DNA from: Octopus vulgaris
Lineage: Eukaryota
Direction of reading: 5' to 3'
Assembly (NCBI GenBank): GCA_951406725.2
Contig: OX597824.1
Location: forward strand, 11,718,001 to 11,782,000
DNA: 64,000 bases
Every line of letters starts with the position of its first letter. Within the stretch, counting starts at the first letter, position 1. The notes beneath the pieces were generated by a model. That model saw only the letters and a list, made by a program, of their open reading frames with translations, made no database searches and was not told the DNA's origin. The translations under genes and the position numbers were made by a program. Shown one piece after another: positions 1 to 12,805 of the stretch.

Positions 1-249
1 TTTAACATTACACCAAAACACATTAAAACAGAAACTGACCCTATAGGGTTCAAGAAGTCTTTGGACAGATTCCTTCAAGAAATCCCGGATAAACCCCCTA
101 CACCCGGATATGTCTCTGTAAACAATAACTCTCTACTTGAGTGGGCCATAGTGCCCAAATTCTGACTTGAAAGACTTCACCAGGTGGTGCTATTAAGTTA
201 GACATGGCCTGGGCCAATAATGGCCGAAACCTATCAAAGTATCAAAGTA
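1..249 (+). mobile_element. CR1/L2-group LINE 3' end
   Basis: Frame 1 FNITPKHIK...FKKSLDRFLQEIPDKPPTPGY...NNSLLEW* (stop 163-165), typical ORF2 C-terminus; short UTR with (TATCAAAG)2 tail running into (GTAT)n. Confidence 0.7.
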
Positions 250-404
250 TGTATGTTATATGTTATTTACATGTATGTATGTATGTATGTATGTATGTAT
301 GTATGTATGTATGTATGTATGTATGTGTTTGTATGTGTGTGTGTGAATGTAGGTTTGTATGTCTGTACCTATGTATGAATGTGTGTGTGTGTGCATGCTG
401 AGGT

Positions 405-640
405 ATGTCCCCTTCTATTTTTAATTATTTAAAGTGTTTCTGTAAGGAAAGAACAGGTCTCTAGCAAACATAAAACTCCATTATTGGATAATAAAACAAA
501 TTCACGTTTTCAAATTCAGAAAAGTCTCGTATATTTTTGCTGTTCCGCCTACAGATTGTATTCATAATGTGTGTGTTAGTTCAATTTCTTTTTCTGAAAA
601 CCCTAGCTCTTCCATATTGTCAGTTAGGTACTTACTTCCA
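405..640 (-). mobile_element. Degenerate R4/Dong-like LINE C-terminal fragment
   Basis: SKYLTDNMEELGFSEKE..L*IQSVGGTAKIYETFLNL resembles the C-terminus at 28030-28200 (NLEKLGF..IQSITGTVKICKTF). Confidence 0.55.
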
Positions 641-777
641 TATGCATGTATGTATGTATGTATGTATGTATGTATGTATGTATGTATGTATGAATGTATG
701 TATGTATGTATGTACAAGTGTGTATGTGTATGTGTGTTTGTGTGTGAGTGTGTGTGTGTCTGTTCACACATTCACAA

Positions 778-850
<73 letters not shown>

Positions 851-851
<1 letters not shown>

Positions 852-2755
852 CATCATCATCATCATCATCATCGTTTAACGTCCGTTCTCCATGCTAGCA
901 TGGGTTGGATGGTTCGACTGGGGATCTGGAAATCCAGAAGGCTGCACCAGGCTCCAGTCTTATCTGGCAGTGTTTCTACAGCTGGATGCCCTTCCTAACG
1001 CCAACCACTCCGTGAGTGTAGTGGGTGCTTTTTACGTGCCACCTGCACAGGTGCCAGGCGAGGCTGGCAACAGCCACGGTCGGATTGGTGTATTTTATGT
1101 GCCACCGGCACGGAAGCCAGACGAGGCGGTGCTGGCATCGGCCACGAGTCGGATAGTGCTTTTTACGTACCACCAGACCAGGGATCCTGGCTGGTTCAAT
1201 TCGATTTCGATTTCGCTTGCCCAAACATGTCTTCGCAAGCAATGGGGGTTGGCATGGGTGCCTGTCATCGGATGAGGTTCTATATCGACTTCGCTTGCCT
1301 CAACAGGTCTTTGTGTCCAAGGGAGGAAAGGCATTCATAAGTTGGCTGGGCTCACTTGTCCTGCCTGGTCTTCTCACGTACAGAATATTTCCAAAGGTCT
1401 CGGTCGCTAGTCATTTCCTCAGTGAGGCCTAAAGTTCGAAGGTCGTGCTTCACCACCTCGTCCCAGGTTTTCCTGGGTCTACCTCTTCCACGGGTTCCCT
1501 CAACTGCTAAGGATTGGCACTTTCTCACACACCTATCTTCATCCATTCTCGCCACATGACCATACCAGCGCAATCGTCTCTCTTGCACACCACAACTGAT
1601 GCCTCTTAGGTACAACATTTCTCTCAAGGTGCTAACGCTCTGTCGAGTATGTACACTGACATTACACATCCATCGGAGCATACTGGCTTCATTCCTCACG
1701 AGCTTACGCATGTCCTCGGCAGTCACGGCCCATGTTTCACTGCCATGTAGCATGGCTGTTCGTACACACGCATCATACAGTCTGCCTTTTACTCTGAGCG
1801 AGAGGCCTTTAGTCACCAGCAGAGGTAAGAGCTCCCTAAACTTTGCCCAGGCTATTCTTATTCTAGCAGTTACACTTTCAGCGCACCCACCCCCACTACT
1901 GACTTGGTCACCTAGATAACGGAAGCTATCAACTACTTCTAGTTTTTCCCCTTGGAAAGTGACTGAAGTTATTTTCTGCAGATTTTCGGAGGTTAATGCT
2001 CCTGAGCATCTGCCACATACAAAAACTATCTTCCCAGTTAGCCTACCTTTGACATTGCTGCACCTCTTATGTGTCCATAGCTTACACTGGGTACATCTTA
2101 TAGAGTTTCTACCTACACCTTTTCTACAGATCGAGCAGGGCCATCTTCCTGAAGACATTTGTGGATTGTCTACCTTCCTACTTATTAGTACTTTGGTTTT
2201 AGCTAGGTTGACTCTAAGGCCCCTCGATTCTAAACCCTCCTTCCACACCTGGAACTTCTCCTCCAGCTCTGATAGTGACTCAGCAATAAGAGCAAGGTCG
2301 TCAGCGTAGAGGAGCTCCCAGGGACAACCTGTCTTGAATTCCTCCGTAATTGCCTGGAGGACTATGATAAATAGGAGGGGGCTGAGTACTGAACCCTGGT
2401 GGACCCCAACCTCTACTTTGAATTCTTCTGTGTACATGTTGCCAACCCTAACCTTACTTACGGCATCTCTGTACATGGCTTGCACAGTCCTCACCAGCCA
2501 TTCATCTATCCCTAGTTTCCTCATTGACCACCAGATAAGGGATCGGGGGACCCTATCAAAAGTTTTCTCCATGTCAACAAAAGCCAGGTACAGGGGCTTA
2601 TCTTTGGCTAGGTATTTCTCCTGCAGCTGCCTTACCAGGAATATAGCATCAGTGGTACTTTTCCCTGGCACGAACCCAAACTGCATCTCATCTAAACTAA
2701 CTCTCTCTCTAATTAGTTGGGCTATGACCCTCTCCGTAACCTTCATTACTTGATC

Positions 2756-2759
<4 letters not shown>
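851..2759 (-). mobile_element. RTE-clade LINE, 5'-truncated, open RT/thumb ORF
   Basis: ORF 2759-1352: QFGF..GKSTTDAIF, FVDMEKTFD, GVHQGSVLSP, YADD, Cys-rich insert, FRYLG, RRLRWYGHV, RGRGRPRKTW; 3' UTR with about 60-nt repeats and (TGA)n tail at 851-873. Confidence 0.95.
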
Positions 2760-2803
<44 letters not shown>

Positions 2804-2830
2804 AATTAATAATAATATACATATGTATAC

Positions 2831-3000
2831 ACTCTCGGAGTGGTTGGCGTTAGGAAGGGCATCCAGCTGTAGAAACACTGCCACATCTGACTGGCCTGGT
2901 GCAGCCTTCGGGCTTCCCAGACCCCAGTTGAACCGTCCAACCCATGCTAGCATGGAAAGCGGACGTTAAACGATGATGATGATGATGATGATGATGATGA
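2831..3000 (+). mobile_element. RTE LINE extreme 3' fragment
   Basis: Reverse-complement match to 874-1015; ends CATGCTAGCATGGAAAGCGGACGTTAAAC(GAT)n. Confidence 0.9.
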
Positions 3001-3241
3001 TATGTATATAATTATATTAAAGGAACAAGGGTGAAAACGGCCTAACTCCAACATGCTTGAAGTGCCAAGACCTTCAAAAGACTACAAAAAACTCCAGATT
3101 AAATATACACATGGCTGAAATTGGCCAAGTGTATTTTTAATCTGGTGTTTTTGGTAGTGTTTTGAAGGTCTTGGCACATCAAGCATGTTGGAGTTAAATC
3201 ATTTTCTTCACCCTTGCTCCTTTAATATAATTATATACATA
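3001..3241. repeat. Long near-perfect palindrome (fold-back element)
   Basis: Arms about 110 bp, e.g. AACTCCAACATGCTTGA.GTGCCAAGACCTTCAAAA vs TTTTGAAGGTCTTGGCAC.TCAAGCATGTTGGAGTT; centre about 3118. Confidence 0.85.
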
Positions 3242-3338
3242 CATATATTTTTATTAATTTAATATATAAATTACCCATAAATTTTTATAGCATTCTGATT
3301 GCCTGATAAAAATCCTGAATGTGATTTTTATCCTTATA

Positions 3339-3357
<19 letters not shown>

Positions 3358-3369
<12 letters not shown>

Positions 3370-4152
3370 TTAGAAAAATAACTACCTTTTATCAATTCAA
3401 TAATGAAAAACGAAATTATACCAATTAGAAAAATTACATATAGAAAGATTAAATATAAGATAAAACATATAGCGATAATTAAGTAATGTGCAAAATAATA
3501 AATAAAATGTATATATTTGGTAGAATAACGACACTATTATTTGTACTATTATCATTTCTTAAATATAAGTTTCTTTATTGGCCACACAGGGCTGCACACA
3601 GATGGGACAAATTACAAGGTAGAGCTTTTCTTTTGGTGGATGAAAAAAAAAAAGTGGCGTAGGTTTTCGATCAAAAGGGATCGTAAAAGGGAAAAAAGGA
3701 AAAAAGAAAAAAAAGGAAAAGAAACAAAAGAAAAGAAAAAAGAAAAAAGAAGAAAAAAGAGGAAAAAAAACGATCAATAGGGATCATGTATCACAGTGTC
3801 ATGACGTACGGTGTAAAGGGGGAAGCAGATAAGGTTTATCCGTGGGAAGAAAAGCCTACGAAAAAGACCACGGTAACCTCGGTCAATATTGTTATATGTT
3901 ACCACATTTGTTTGCAAGTGGGTAACCCTCTGTTTTCAATTTCTGGGTTCATAGGATTATGTTAGCCATGAAACATGTGTCGTTATTCTACCAAATATAT
4001 CGTTTTATTTATTATTTTGCACATTACTTAATCATCGTTATATGTTTTATCTTATATCTAATCTTTCTATAATATGTAATTTTTCTAAATGGTATAATTT
4101 AGTTTTTCATTATTGAATTGATAAAAGGTGGTTTTTTCCTAATTTATATATA
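3358..4152. repeat. Inverted repeat pair (about 175 bp arms), Penelope-like/fold-back
   Basis: 3358-3533 is the reverse complement of 3977-4152; the spacer holds a Tx1 3' fragment. Confidence 0.8.
3570..3962 (-). mobile_element. Tx1/L1-clade LINE 3' UTR fragment
   Basis: Homologous to 18596-18905 (TTTCTTTATT.GCCACACAGGGCT.CACACAGA.GGGACAAATTACAAGGTAGAGC). Confidence 0.85.
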
Positions 4153-4260
4153 TTATATTTTGTGAAATTTGATTTAGTATTTCTAAATTGAATTTTTCCC
4201 TGTAAGTTTGGAATGATATTCCCTCATATTATTATTATTATCATTATTATTATTATTATT

Positions 4261-4811
4261 CTATGTTTGACTTTTGCTTTATGTCTGTACAAATTGGCTC
4301 CAAGTCTCACCCAGAGACCTCAAGAGACAACAGGTTGGAATGTTCTGTGCCATATATTTGGGGGGGTTTTTTTGTTTTTTTTTGGTGTTGTACTAGTGAA
4401 TGTCTAATACATAAAAAAATAAATAAATAAAACAAAAAATAAAAAATAAAAATAAAAATTAAAATAAGTTTGTTTTAAACCTTGGGATTACATAGAGAGT
4501 ATTTTGCGTAGGATATGAGCAGTTCCCATGAGCACTATCTTTTGAATTTCTGCCATTTTGGGGTTTCCTGGTATCTGAGTTAGGTAGCAATCAGTCCCTT
4601 TCGCTATCATTCCCAGGGCACCTATGACAACAGGTATTGTTTTAGTCTTCAGCTTCCACATTTTGCTGATTTCTATTTCAAGATCTTTATATTTGCTCAG
4701 TTTTTGGTAGGTCTTGACAGATACGTTTATATCGATTGGGACAGTCATATCAATGAGGAGGCATGTTCTGTGTCTGAAGTCTTTCAATATGATGTCTGGC
4801 CTATTTGCATC

Positions 4812-4812
<1 letters not shown>
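4261..4812 (-). mobile_element. R4/Dong-clade LINE 3' fragment (restriction-like endonuclease)
   Basis: NRPDIILKD..CLLIDMTVP..KLSKYKDL..IPVVIGALG..QKIVLMGTAHILRK* (PD-D/ExK RLE); flanked on both sides by (TAA)n. Confidence 0.85.
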
Positions 4813-4881
<69 letters not shown>

Positions 4882-5313
4882 ATATGTATATATATATATA
4901 TAAATCAGTATTTTTCCTATCTCTCTGACCTACCATCACTCAGCACTTGTCCTACATACATTACAGAGATTGAATAATGTGGCATAATAATTAAGTAACA
5001 TGTCAATCTCGTTTCATCAAACATTGTATTGAAGCATTAGGTTACATCAACTTATTATACAATTATACAAGAATATATAATTAATTATATATATTGTTAT
5101 ACAAGTATATATATATATCATCATCATCATCATCATTTAACATCCGTTTTCCATGCCCAGGGATGCAAAAATTTTAGGGTATAGTAGATGCTTGATGGCA
5201 GGCATTTGTCTGGTTGCAAGTCTCCGAACAGTTTCCAGTAGACTGATACACTGAGGAAGATAGGGGTTCCAGATTGATGTGGACATACCATAGCCATATA
5301 TAACTATATATAG

Positions 5314-5706
5314 CTATTTCTTTACTACCCACAAGGGGCTACACAGAGGGGACAAACAAACAGATTAAGTCGATTATATCGACCACAGTGTGTAACTGGT
5401 ACTTATTTAATCGACCCTGAAAGGATGAAAGGCAAAGTCGACCTTGGCGGAATTTGAACTCAGAACATAACGGCAGACGAAATACCTATTTCTTTACTAC
5501 CCACAAGGGGTTAAACACAGAGGTGACAAACAAACGGATTAAGTCGATTATATCAACCACAGTGCGTAACGGGTACTTATTTAATTGACCCCGGAAGGAT
5601 GAAAGGGAAAGTCAACCTCGGCGGAATTTGAACTCAGAACGTATTGGCAGACAAAATACTGCTAAGCATTTTGTCTGGTGTGCTAACATTTCTGCCAGCC
5701 CGCCGC
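5314..5706 (-). mobile_element. tRNA-derived SINE family A, tandem dimer
   Basis: B-box GAGTTCAAATTCC, central GCCTTTCATCCTTTCGGGGTCGA..AAGTACCAG; TSD ATAGCCATATATAACT (5290-5305, 5712-5727). Confidence 0.85.
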
Positions 5707-6132
5707 ATTAAATAGCCATATATAACTTTAAATAAGAGAGCTTGAAGGCAGTGGAGAAAGGTCTTACTGAGTGATGCTAAGACACCCTCAACCATTGACA
5801 ATAATACCCAGGACATGTTCACTAATAGACCCCTTATGATTTAATTTTCTATTTTTCTTTTACCCTCACCAGAATTGTTCTTTAGTTTCTTATTCAATAC
5901 TGTATCATATAATATATCTCTTTTCCAAATTATCGTTCAGTTTCCCGTCTCATATATCAGATGGTTTCAAATTTATGAAGCGATGTTGTATTTAAACAAA
6001 GAACAATTTGCAACTTCTATAAATAGTTCTCTGTTTTCATAACTAGTCTAACTTTTATTAGCCACGTTTTACTGAGCTTGTTTTAACTCTAATTGTATGT
6101 GGTAGGAATGGGTGTGGCATGATTGTGTCTTT

Positions 6133-6360
6133 GAGCTGGCAGAAATGTTAGCATACCGGGTAAAATGCTTAGCAATATTTCGTCTGTCTTTACGTTCTGA
6201 GTTCAAATTCCGCCGAGGTCGACTTTGCCTTTCATTCTTTCGGGGTCGATTAAATAAGTACCAGTTACGCACTAGGGTCGATATAATCGACTTAATCCAT
6301 TTGTCTGTCCTTGTTTGTCCCCTCTGTGTTTAGTCCCTTGTGGGCAATAAAGAAATAAGA
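6133..6360 (+). mobile_element. SINE family A nested in a SINE B head
   Basis: TSD ATGATTGTGTCTTTGAG (6119-6135, 6364-6380); host SINE B continues to about 6520. Confidence 0.85.
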
Positions 6361-7885
6361 AATATGATTGTGTCTTTGAGAAGTTTGCTTTATTAACCGT
6401 ATGGCTTTGGGTTCAGTCCCACTCTGTGGCATCTTAGGTAAGTGTCTTCTACTAAAGCCCTGGGCCAATCAAAGCTTTGTGAGTGGATTTGGTAGACAGC
6501 AACTGATATAAATACACACACACACACACATACATATACAATATGTGTATGTGTCCTGTCTTTTACTGTTTTTACTTTTTTATTGTTTTTACTGCCTTGT
6601 TTTGTTCTTGCTGTCCTGTTCTTGTTACCACTTTTACTCCTCCGCAAAATATCCCCAATTTTATTTAATTTGCTTTGCGGGAAGGACTGTTTCAATGAAG
6701 TCGCGTCTTGTCCTTACCTTCGAAATGCAGAGTAGATGAAACAGGGACAACAGAAGAAGGGGAATATTCCTTGTGTTGTATGTCTTGTACTCTGTATTTT
6801 TGTTGTTTGAAAAAAAGTTTGTTTCCTTGTTTTTGTTTTTATGTTTTCGTTTCTCGTTGAGTTCAACGATTTTTTGATGTCCCGTACCCATATATGCATG
6901 TATATATACATATAGATGTAGGTATGTACATATATGTATATATGCATATATTTATATATTATTTATATTACATATATATATATGTGTATGTATGTATTAT
7001 GTGTGTGTGTTTGTGTATATATATATGTGTGTGTATGTGTATGTGTATATATATATGTATATATATGTTTGTACTTGTGTGTATTTGTGAATTAATGTAT
7101 TGTTGTCTTGATATTGCATGAGTGTTGTAAACAAGTGCCACTGTCATACAGGAGGGTATCCTTCGTTTCCAGTCCTCCATAAAAATGTGTCTAGCCATGG
7201 GAAAATATTACCCCACAGCAAAAAAGGCGAGGGTTGGTGAAAGGAAGGGCATCTGGTTTGTAGGAAACATGCCTCAACAAATTCCATCTAAGCATGGAAA
7301 GGTGGATATTAAAATAATGACGATGAATTATTTTACTGAAATTCCATGCAAAATATGAACTTAAGGACCTTTCTTTAATATTTTCAAACATGTCCTGCTA
7401 TTGTTTTAATATTGTAGCTGTCACTTGTTGACAGGATTGGCAAGTGGTGTTTCCGTTTTCCTGTGAAATGGTCTCAGAACCCAACCATTTGATATATTAT
7501 TAGCAATTGCGTATTATCATGGTGAAGAATATTTTTTGTGAATGCAGTTTGTTATCATAAATAACAACAAATTTTGTGCTGAACAGAAAGCACAGATGAT
7601 TTGTTTATAGTAATCAAATGTTTGTATTGTTCATTATCTCATTCGTTCCACTTGAATCAACATTGCTTGTATATTTGTGTGGTGTGCTACACATCAGACG
7701 TCGAAGTGTGTGCTGAGCAATATGAAACGCACCATTCAGTCTACTAAATGAAACCATGATCTTGCAGTCATGTGTGTGACACCTTAACAACTACGATATG
7801 CACCTTCACTATTTTACATTATGAGTAACTGATTGTTTGAAACGGCTGTCATGTCTCACCTTTTATGTCGATATTCAGACAAGGA

Positions 7886-8368
7886 GTCATCATCATCATC
7901 GTTTAACATCCGCTTTCCATGCCAGCATGGGTTGGACGATTTGACTGAGGGCTGGCAAACCAGATGGCTGCACCAGGCTTCAATCTTGATCTGGCAGAGT
8001 TTTTACAGCTGGATGTCCTTCCTAACGCCAACCACTCCAAGAGTGTAGCGGGTGCTTTTACGTGCCACCGGCACGGGGGCCAGTCAGGTGGTACTGGCAA
8101 TGACCTCACTCGAATCTTTTACACATGCCACCGGCACAGGTGCCAGTAAGGCGCTGCTGGTAACGATCATGCTTGAATGGTGTCTTTTACGGAGGCCAGA
8201 TAGCCGCTCTGGCAATGATCACGTTCGGATGGTGCTCTTAATACCCTACTAGCATGGAGCCCGAGTGCCAGTAAGGCAACGCTGGTAACGATCACACTCG
8301 AATGGTGCCTTTTAAGTGCCACTGGCATGGAAGCCAGTTAACCGCTCTGTCAATGATCACACTCGTAT
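7886..8368 (-). mobile_element. RTE LINE 3' UTR fragment
   Basis: Same 3' end as 851-1170, with several diverged about 60-nt repeats; closely similar to 44865-45400. Confidence 0.85.
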
Positions 8369-8944
8369 AAACAAAAAGAAAAAAATCATTATTTTTACTC
8401 TCCTACAACAGTTTTATTGATGCTCAATGGACAAAATGCTAAGTCATCCCTGGAATAATTTGAACTTAGCACTTATAGACAAGAAGACTCAGTACTGAAA
8501 TGTATTTTGTCAGGTGTACTGTTGTATCTTCTGACCTCTCATAGTGGTAGTACCAATGATGTTGATAATAATAATTAGACAGTATTAATTGAAGAAGGTG
8601 AGTCTTGTAGTTGTTGTTGAAGCCTTGTGTACAATAAGCACCAAGCTTACAACCTTACAAACTGGATCAAAAAAAATCTAGTGGTGAATGTGAAGATAGA
8701 GCATCTACAGAAAACATTGTCACTTGGAACTGTATGAATCTTCTACAGAGTTCTTGAAATCAAAACGAAGAGTGTTATCTCAACCTAAGTGGTTGTGACA
8801 TCACACACTTTCTTACATTCTCCAGTGAGATTACTGTATTAAGCAAGATGATGATAATGATGATGATGACGACAACAATGATGATGATGGTGATAATGAC
8901 AACAACGATAATGATAACAACAATGATGATGATTATGATGATGA

Positions 8945-9107
8945 TTTCTTTTATTAACCACAAACAATTTACATTAAGAAGACATTAAGGACAGCATTGG
9001 ACAGTACATTGAGTGTGTGTGTGTGTGTGTGTGTGTGTGTAGGGGGAGTCATTGCAAGAGTTTTGTGTGCAAACAGGTGTTTAGCAATGATAATAATAAT
9101 AATAATA

Positions 9108-9146
<39 letters not shown>

Positions 9147-9580
9147 ATGATGATGATGATGATGAAAAAGGGAGGTAATAAAATTTTAACTGAGAATTCC
9201 TCATTAGAGGGGATATTCAAAGCTTGCTCATGGAAAACCCCCACAACACCATGGGTGCCCTCACTTTTGGAGTAGGTGCCTTCTTGTAGTTCATTATCTG
9301 TGATTTACAGGGGTAAGCTCAGAGCAGGCCTGCTCACTTGGCCTATGCTTACCACTCTCATCCAACTTTCAACACTTCCCTCTCCACTCTTATTTTCCTC
9401 TTCGAGTGAAACTTGAAGAAGTTGAAGGATTGGCCAAGGAGGCAAGTGTTTGTCTTCAGCCCCTTCAATCACATTCACCCTACAATTCTTTTGCCATGGC
9501 TCCAGGCATATAAAAAGCTGCTTGCCCTTCCTGGTTAAAAGAAGGTGGTAGGGCAATCTTTAAGACGAATTCAGCTGATA
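8945..9580 (-). mobile_element. Degenerate Tx1/L1-like LINE 3' fragment
   Basis: 9335-9580 aligns with 18930-19190 (TTCCTCTTC.AGTGA.ACTTGAAGAAGTTGA...AAGTGTTTGTCT); terminal TTTCTTTTATTAACCACA at 8945; interrupted by microsatellites. Confidence 0.6.
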
Positions 9581-9831
9581 TTCAGGAGGGAGAAAATAGA
9601 TATCAACCACAATGCTTGGCCAGTACTTATTTTATCAACCCTGAAAAATGAAGGTTGGCTTCCATGGTATTTAGCTCTGAGCATTAAGAGCTGGAAGAGA
9701 TGCCAGTAAGGAACCATGAGACTTTTTGCCTACTTACAACAAACAACTGAATGTTATAGTTGGTTTTGGTACCAAAAGGAAAAAAAAACTGCACTCAGCA
9801 ACAACAGATGCAACAATATACCTTTGAGAGG

Positions 9832-10505
9832 GTGGTGTGCTGGTAGAATCGTTAGCATGCCAGGTGATATGCATAGCAGTATTTCGTCTGCCATTATGTT
9901 CTGAGTTCAAATTCTACCGAGGTCAACTTTGCCTTTCATCCTTTCGTGGTCGGTAAATTAAGTACCAGTTGCTTACTGGGCTCAATCTAATCGACTGGCC
10001 TCTTCCGCTGAAATTTCAGGCCTTGTGCCTAGAGTAGAAAAGAATATACCTTTGAGAGAGTGGCAAGCTGGCAGAATCATTAGCACACCGGGCGAAATGC
10101 TTAATGGTATTTCATCTGCTGTTACATTCTGAGTTCAAATTCTGCCAAGGTCAACTTTGCCTTTCATCCTTTTGGAGTCGATTAAATAAGTACCAGTTAT
10201 ACACTGGGGTCAATGTAATCGACCTAATCCCTTTGTCTGTCCTTGTTTGTCCCCTCTATGTTTAGCCCCTTGTGGGCAATAAAGAAATAAGAATCATTAG
10301 CACACCTGGCGAAATGCTTAGTGGTATTTCATCTGCTGTTACATTCTGAGTCCAAATTCTGCTGAGATCAGCTTTGCCTTTCATCCTTTCGGAGTTGATT
10401 AAATAAGTACCAGTTATGCACTGGGGTCATTGTAATCGACTTAATCCCTTTGTCTGTCCTTGTTTGCCTCTCTATGTTTAGCCCCCTGTGGGCAATAAAG
10501 AAATA
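9832..10505 (+). mobile_element. Cluster of three SINE A-type units
   Basis: Repeated head/body; AATATACCTTTGA recurs at about 9815, 10043 and 10510 (nested TSDs). Confidence 0.85.
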
Positions 10506-10529
10506 GATAATATACCTTTGAAAAACGCC

Positions 10530-10885
10530 ACTACATGAACCAGTACCTGAAGAAAATGTGTCCCTAAGTGAAAAGGCAAAACAAATAAAAAATATAGCCA
10601 AAGAGACCAGCCCCCAATAAACTAAGGAGAAATGGGAGCAAAAGCCACTGCAAGGCAAATACCTGATTTGAAGGTAGGTACATCAAAGCCGTATCCATCA
10701 GTGGCTGGCATGCTCTGGTTACAAGTTGGAACTGAGGGGTAAGTTGTTGCTTCCAGCTAGGAGCTACAAGTGTAATGTTTTGAAAGATGAAAAGTTCCCA
10801 CTGAGTTGCATATGCAGAATACACCCAATGATAGTCAGCCACATCATCTCTGGATGCAGCCATTTCATTTAATTGAGAACACAGC
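10530..10885 (+). mobile_element. Degenerate R4/Dong-like LINE internal fragment
   Basis: Fragments KWEQKPLQGKY and IHQWLACSGYKLELRG resemble R4 post-RT motifs (WxxKxLHG, WL..SG.K.ETEG). Confidence 0.45.
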
Positions 10886-10900
10886 ATATAATGAAATAAT

Positions 10901-11395
10901 ATAATGAAATTATTGTATACAGTGCTCAGGTGCACCACAGCTTGTCAGAAAGTGCGTATAAAGTATATGTAGTAATTTACAAATGTCTGGAAAGCGAACA
11001 ATGTATGAGTCAGATACATGCTTGCGTGTGTATGGAGGGGAGAAAGTCAGGTGTAGTGTTGGCGAATCTCAGGAAGCATGGAAGTTTTGAAGGATGCAGT
11101 GCTCCGACAACTAACAACTGATGCCGGCACTTTGTTCCAGGCTTCAGCAACTCTTAGCGTGAAAAAATGTTTCCGAAAGTCATGGGAGCTGTGCTGTTTT
11201 CTGACTTTGTAAATATATCCACGGGAGTTAGACAGGTGGAGTTTGAAAAGGTGATCAGAGTTATTGTTTGTAAGATGGTTAATAATTTTATGGGTGTCTG
11301 CCAAGTCAGCTGCCAGACGTCGGAGATTCAATGTGTACATGCCCAGGGAAGTAAGGCATTCAGAATATGGCAAATGCCTGATGGAGGGTATTCTC
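10901..11395 (-). mobile_element. CR1-clade LINE 3' end
   Basis: LPYSECLTSLG..LRRLAADL..THKIIN..SRG..FFTLRVAEAWNKVP..SFK. Confidence 0.9.
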
Positions 11396-11668
11396 ATGGA
11401 GGGTATGTGACTGACTTTTTTTTATTTTATCAACCGTGAAAGAATGGATGGCAAAGTTGACCTCGGCAGGATCTAAACTCAGAATGTAAAGAATGGGAAG
11501 GGCTGAAACAGATAATGCAAAGTCAGGAAGCTGATACTTATTTAAACACACACATACATTATGCAGATAAGGTTTGAAATCCCATCTTTGTCCTCTTGAA
11601 GCACATCTGCTTATTTCAGAATTCCAAATCTGTATGTAGATGTTATATCTGTGTGAGGTGTGCATATA

Positions 11669-12182
11669 CTGTAAATCCTTGAATATAGTCCGCCCTTGAA
11701 TATAATATGCAGGGGAATTTTAGGTGTTGTACCTCTGAAAAACCTAAACCTTGTGTATAATACGCACCCCTTCTCTAACTTGAGTCAAGGAGGTCTATAT
11801 AACGTCCTTGGTTTGTAAAACTGTATATGGCAACGTCCTTTATTATTATTGTATATATAACATAATGCAAACGTGTAGCTTTTTTGTACATTTTGTTTGC
11901 AGAAAATAAAAGAAATAACAGTAATAACATTTAATAAGTGTTGTTGACTGCAAGTTATGGATGATTCTTTTATGACTTCATTGCTTTGAGGCTTAGCTTA
12001 AGGTGTTTTCGCGCCTGACATCACAAAATGCGTCTGAATAAACATTGCCGGACAGCAAATAGAGACTTGGACATTACTTAGAGAATAATTTTCATTTTCA
12101 ACCTCGTATATAGTACGCATTAGGGATTTTGACCTTTAAATTTTTGGGGAAAAAAATGCGGATTATACTCGAGGATTTACAG
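11669..12182. mobile_element. Tc1/mariner-pogo superfamily MITE
   Basis: TIRs CTGTAAATCCTTGAATATAGTCCGC / GCGGATTATACTCGAGGATTTACAG with TA on both flanks. Confidence 0.8.
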
Positions 12183-12447
12183 TAAGTGAAAATACAGGAA
12201 AATATTTTCTGCCACATAATAGATTGGAGAATTTTTTGGTATCATTTAAACATCATTACGTGTATTTCATTTGCTAATGGGAGTTGCAAAATTGTACTTG
12301 GAGTAGAAAACATGTAAGAGATCTCGATTAGAAATTTTTTCAGACAGGATATCAAATAATACAATTAATACAAATACAAATACGTGTGCATGCTTTTGTG
12401 TGTGTTTGTGTGTGCGTGTGTGTGTGCACGTGTGTGTGTGTGAGTGA

Positions 12448-12482
12448 CTAGTAGCAGCAGCAGCAACAGCATCAGCAGCAGC

Positions 12483-12545
<63 letters not shown>

Positions 12546-12558
12546 GGTGGTGGTGGTA

Positions 12559-12614
<56 letters not shown>

Positions 12615-12639
12615 GGTGGTGGTGGTGGTGGTGGTGGTA

Positions 12640-12701
<62 letters not shown>

Positions 12702-12743
12702 GGTGGTGGTGGTGGTGGTGGTGGTGGTGGTGGTGGTGGTGGT

Positions 12744-12783
<40 letters not shown>

Positions 12784-12805
12784 TAGTAGCAGCAGCAGCA
12801 GCAAC
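12448..12805. repeat. Compound trinucleotide microsatellite (TAG/TGG/CAG)n
   Basis: About 350 bp of alternating TAG and TGG blocks with CAG ends. Confidence 0.95.

Noticed and set aside
2760-2953. N-terminal 65 aa of the 533-aa ORF (1352-2953)
   Set aside because: Read-through of an antisense RTE 3' stub and a (TA)n tract; the real RT homology starts at about 2759.
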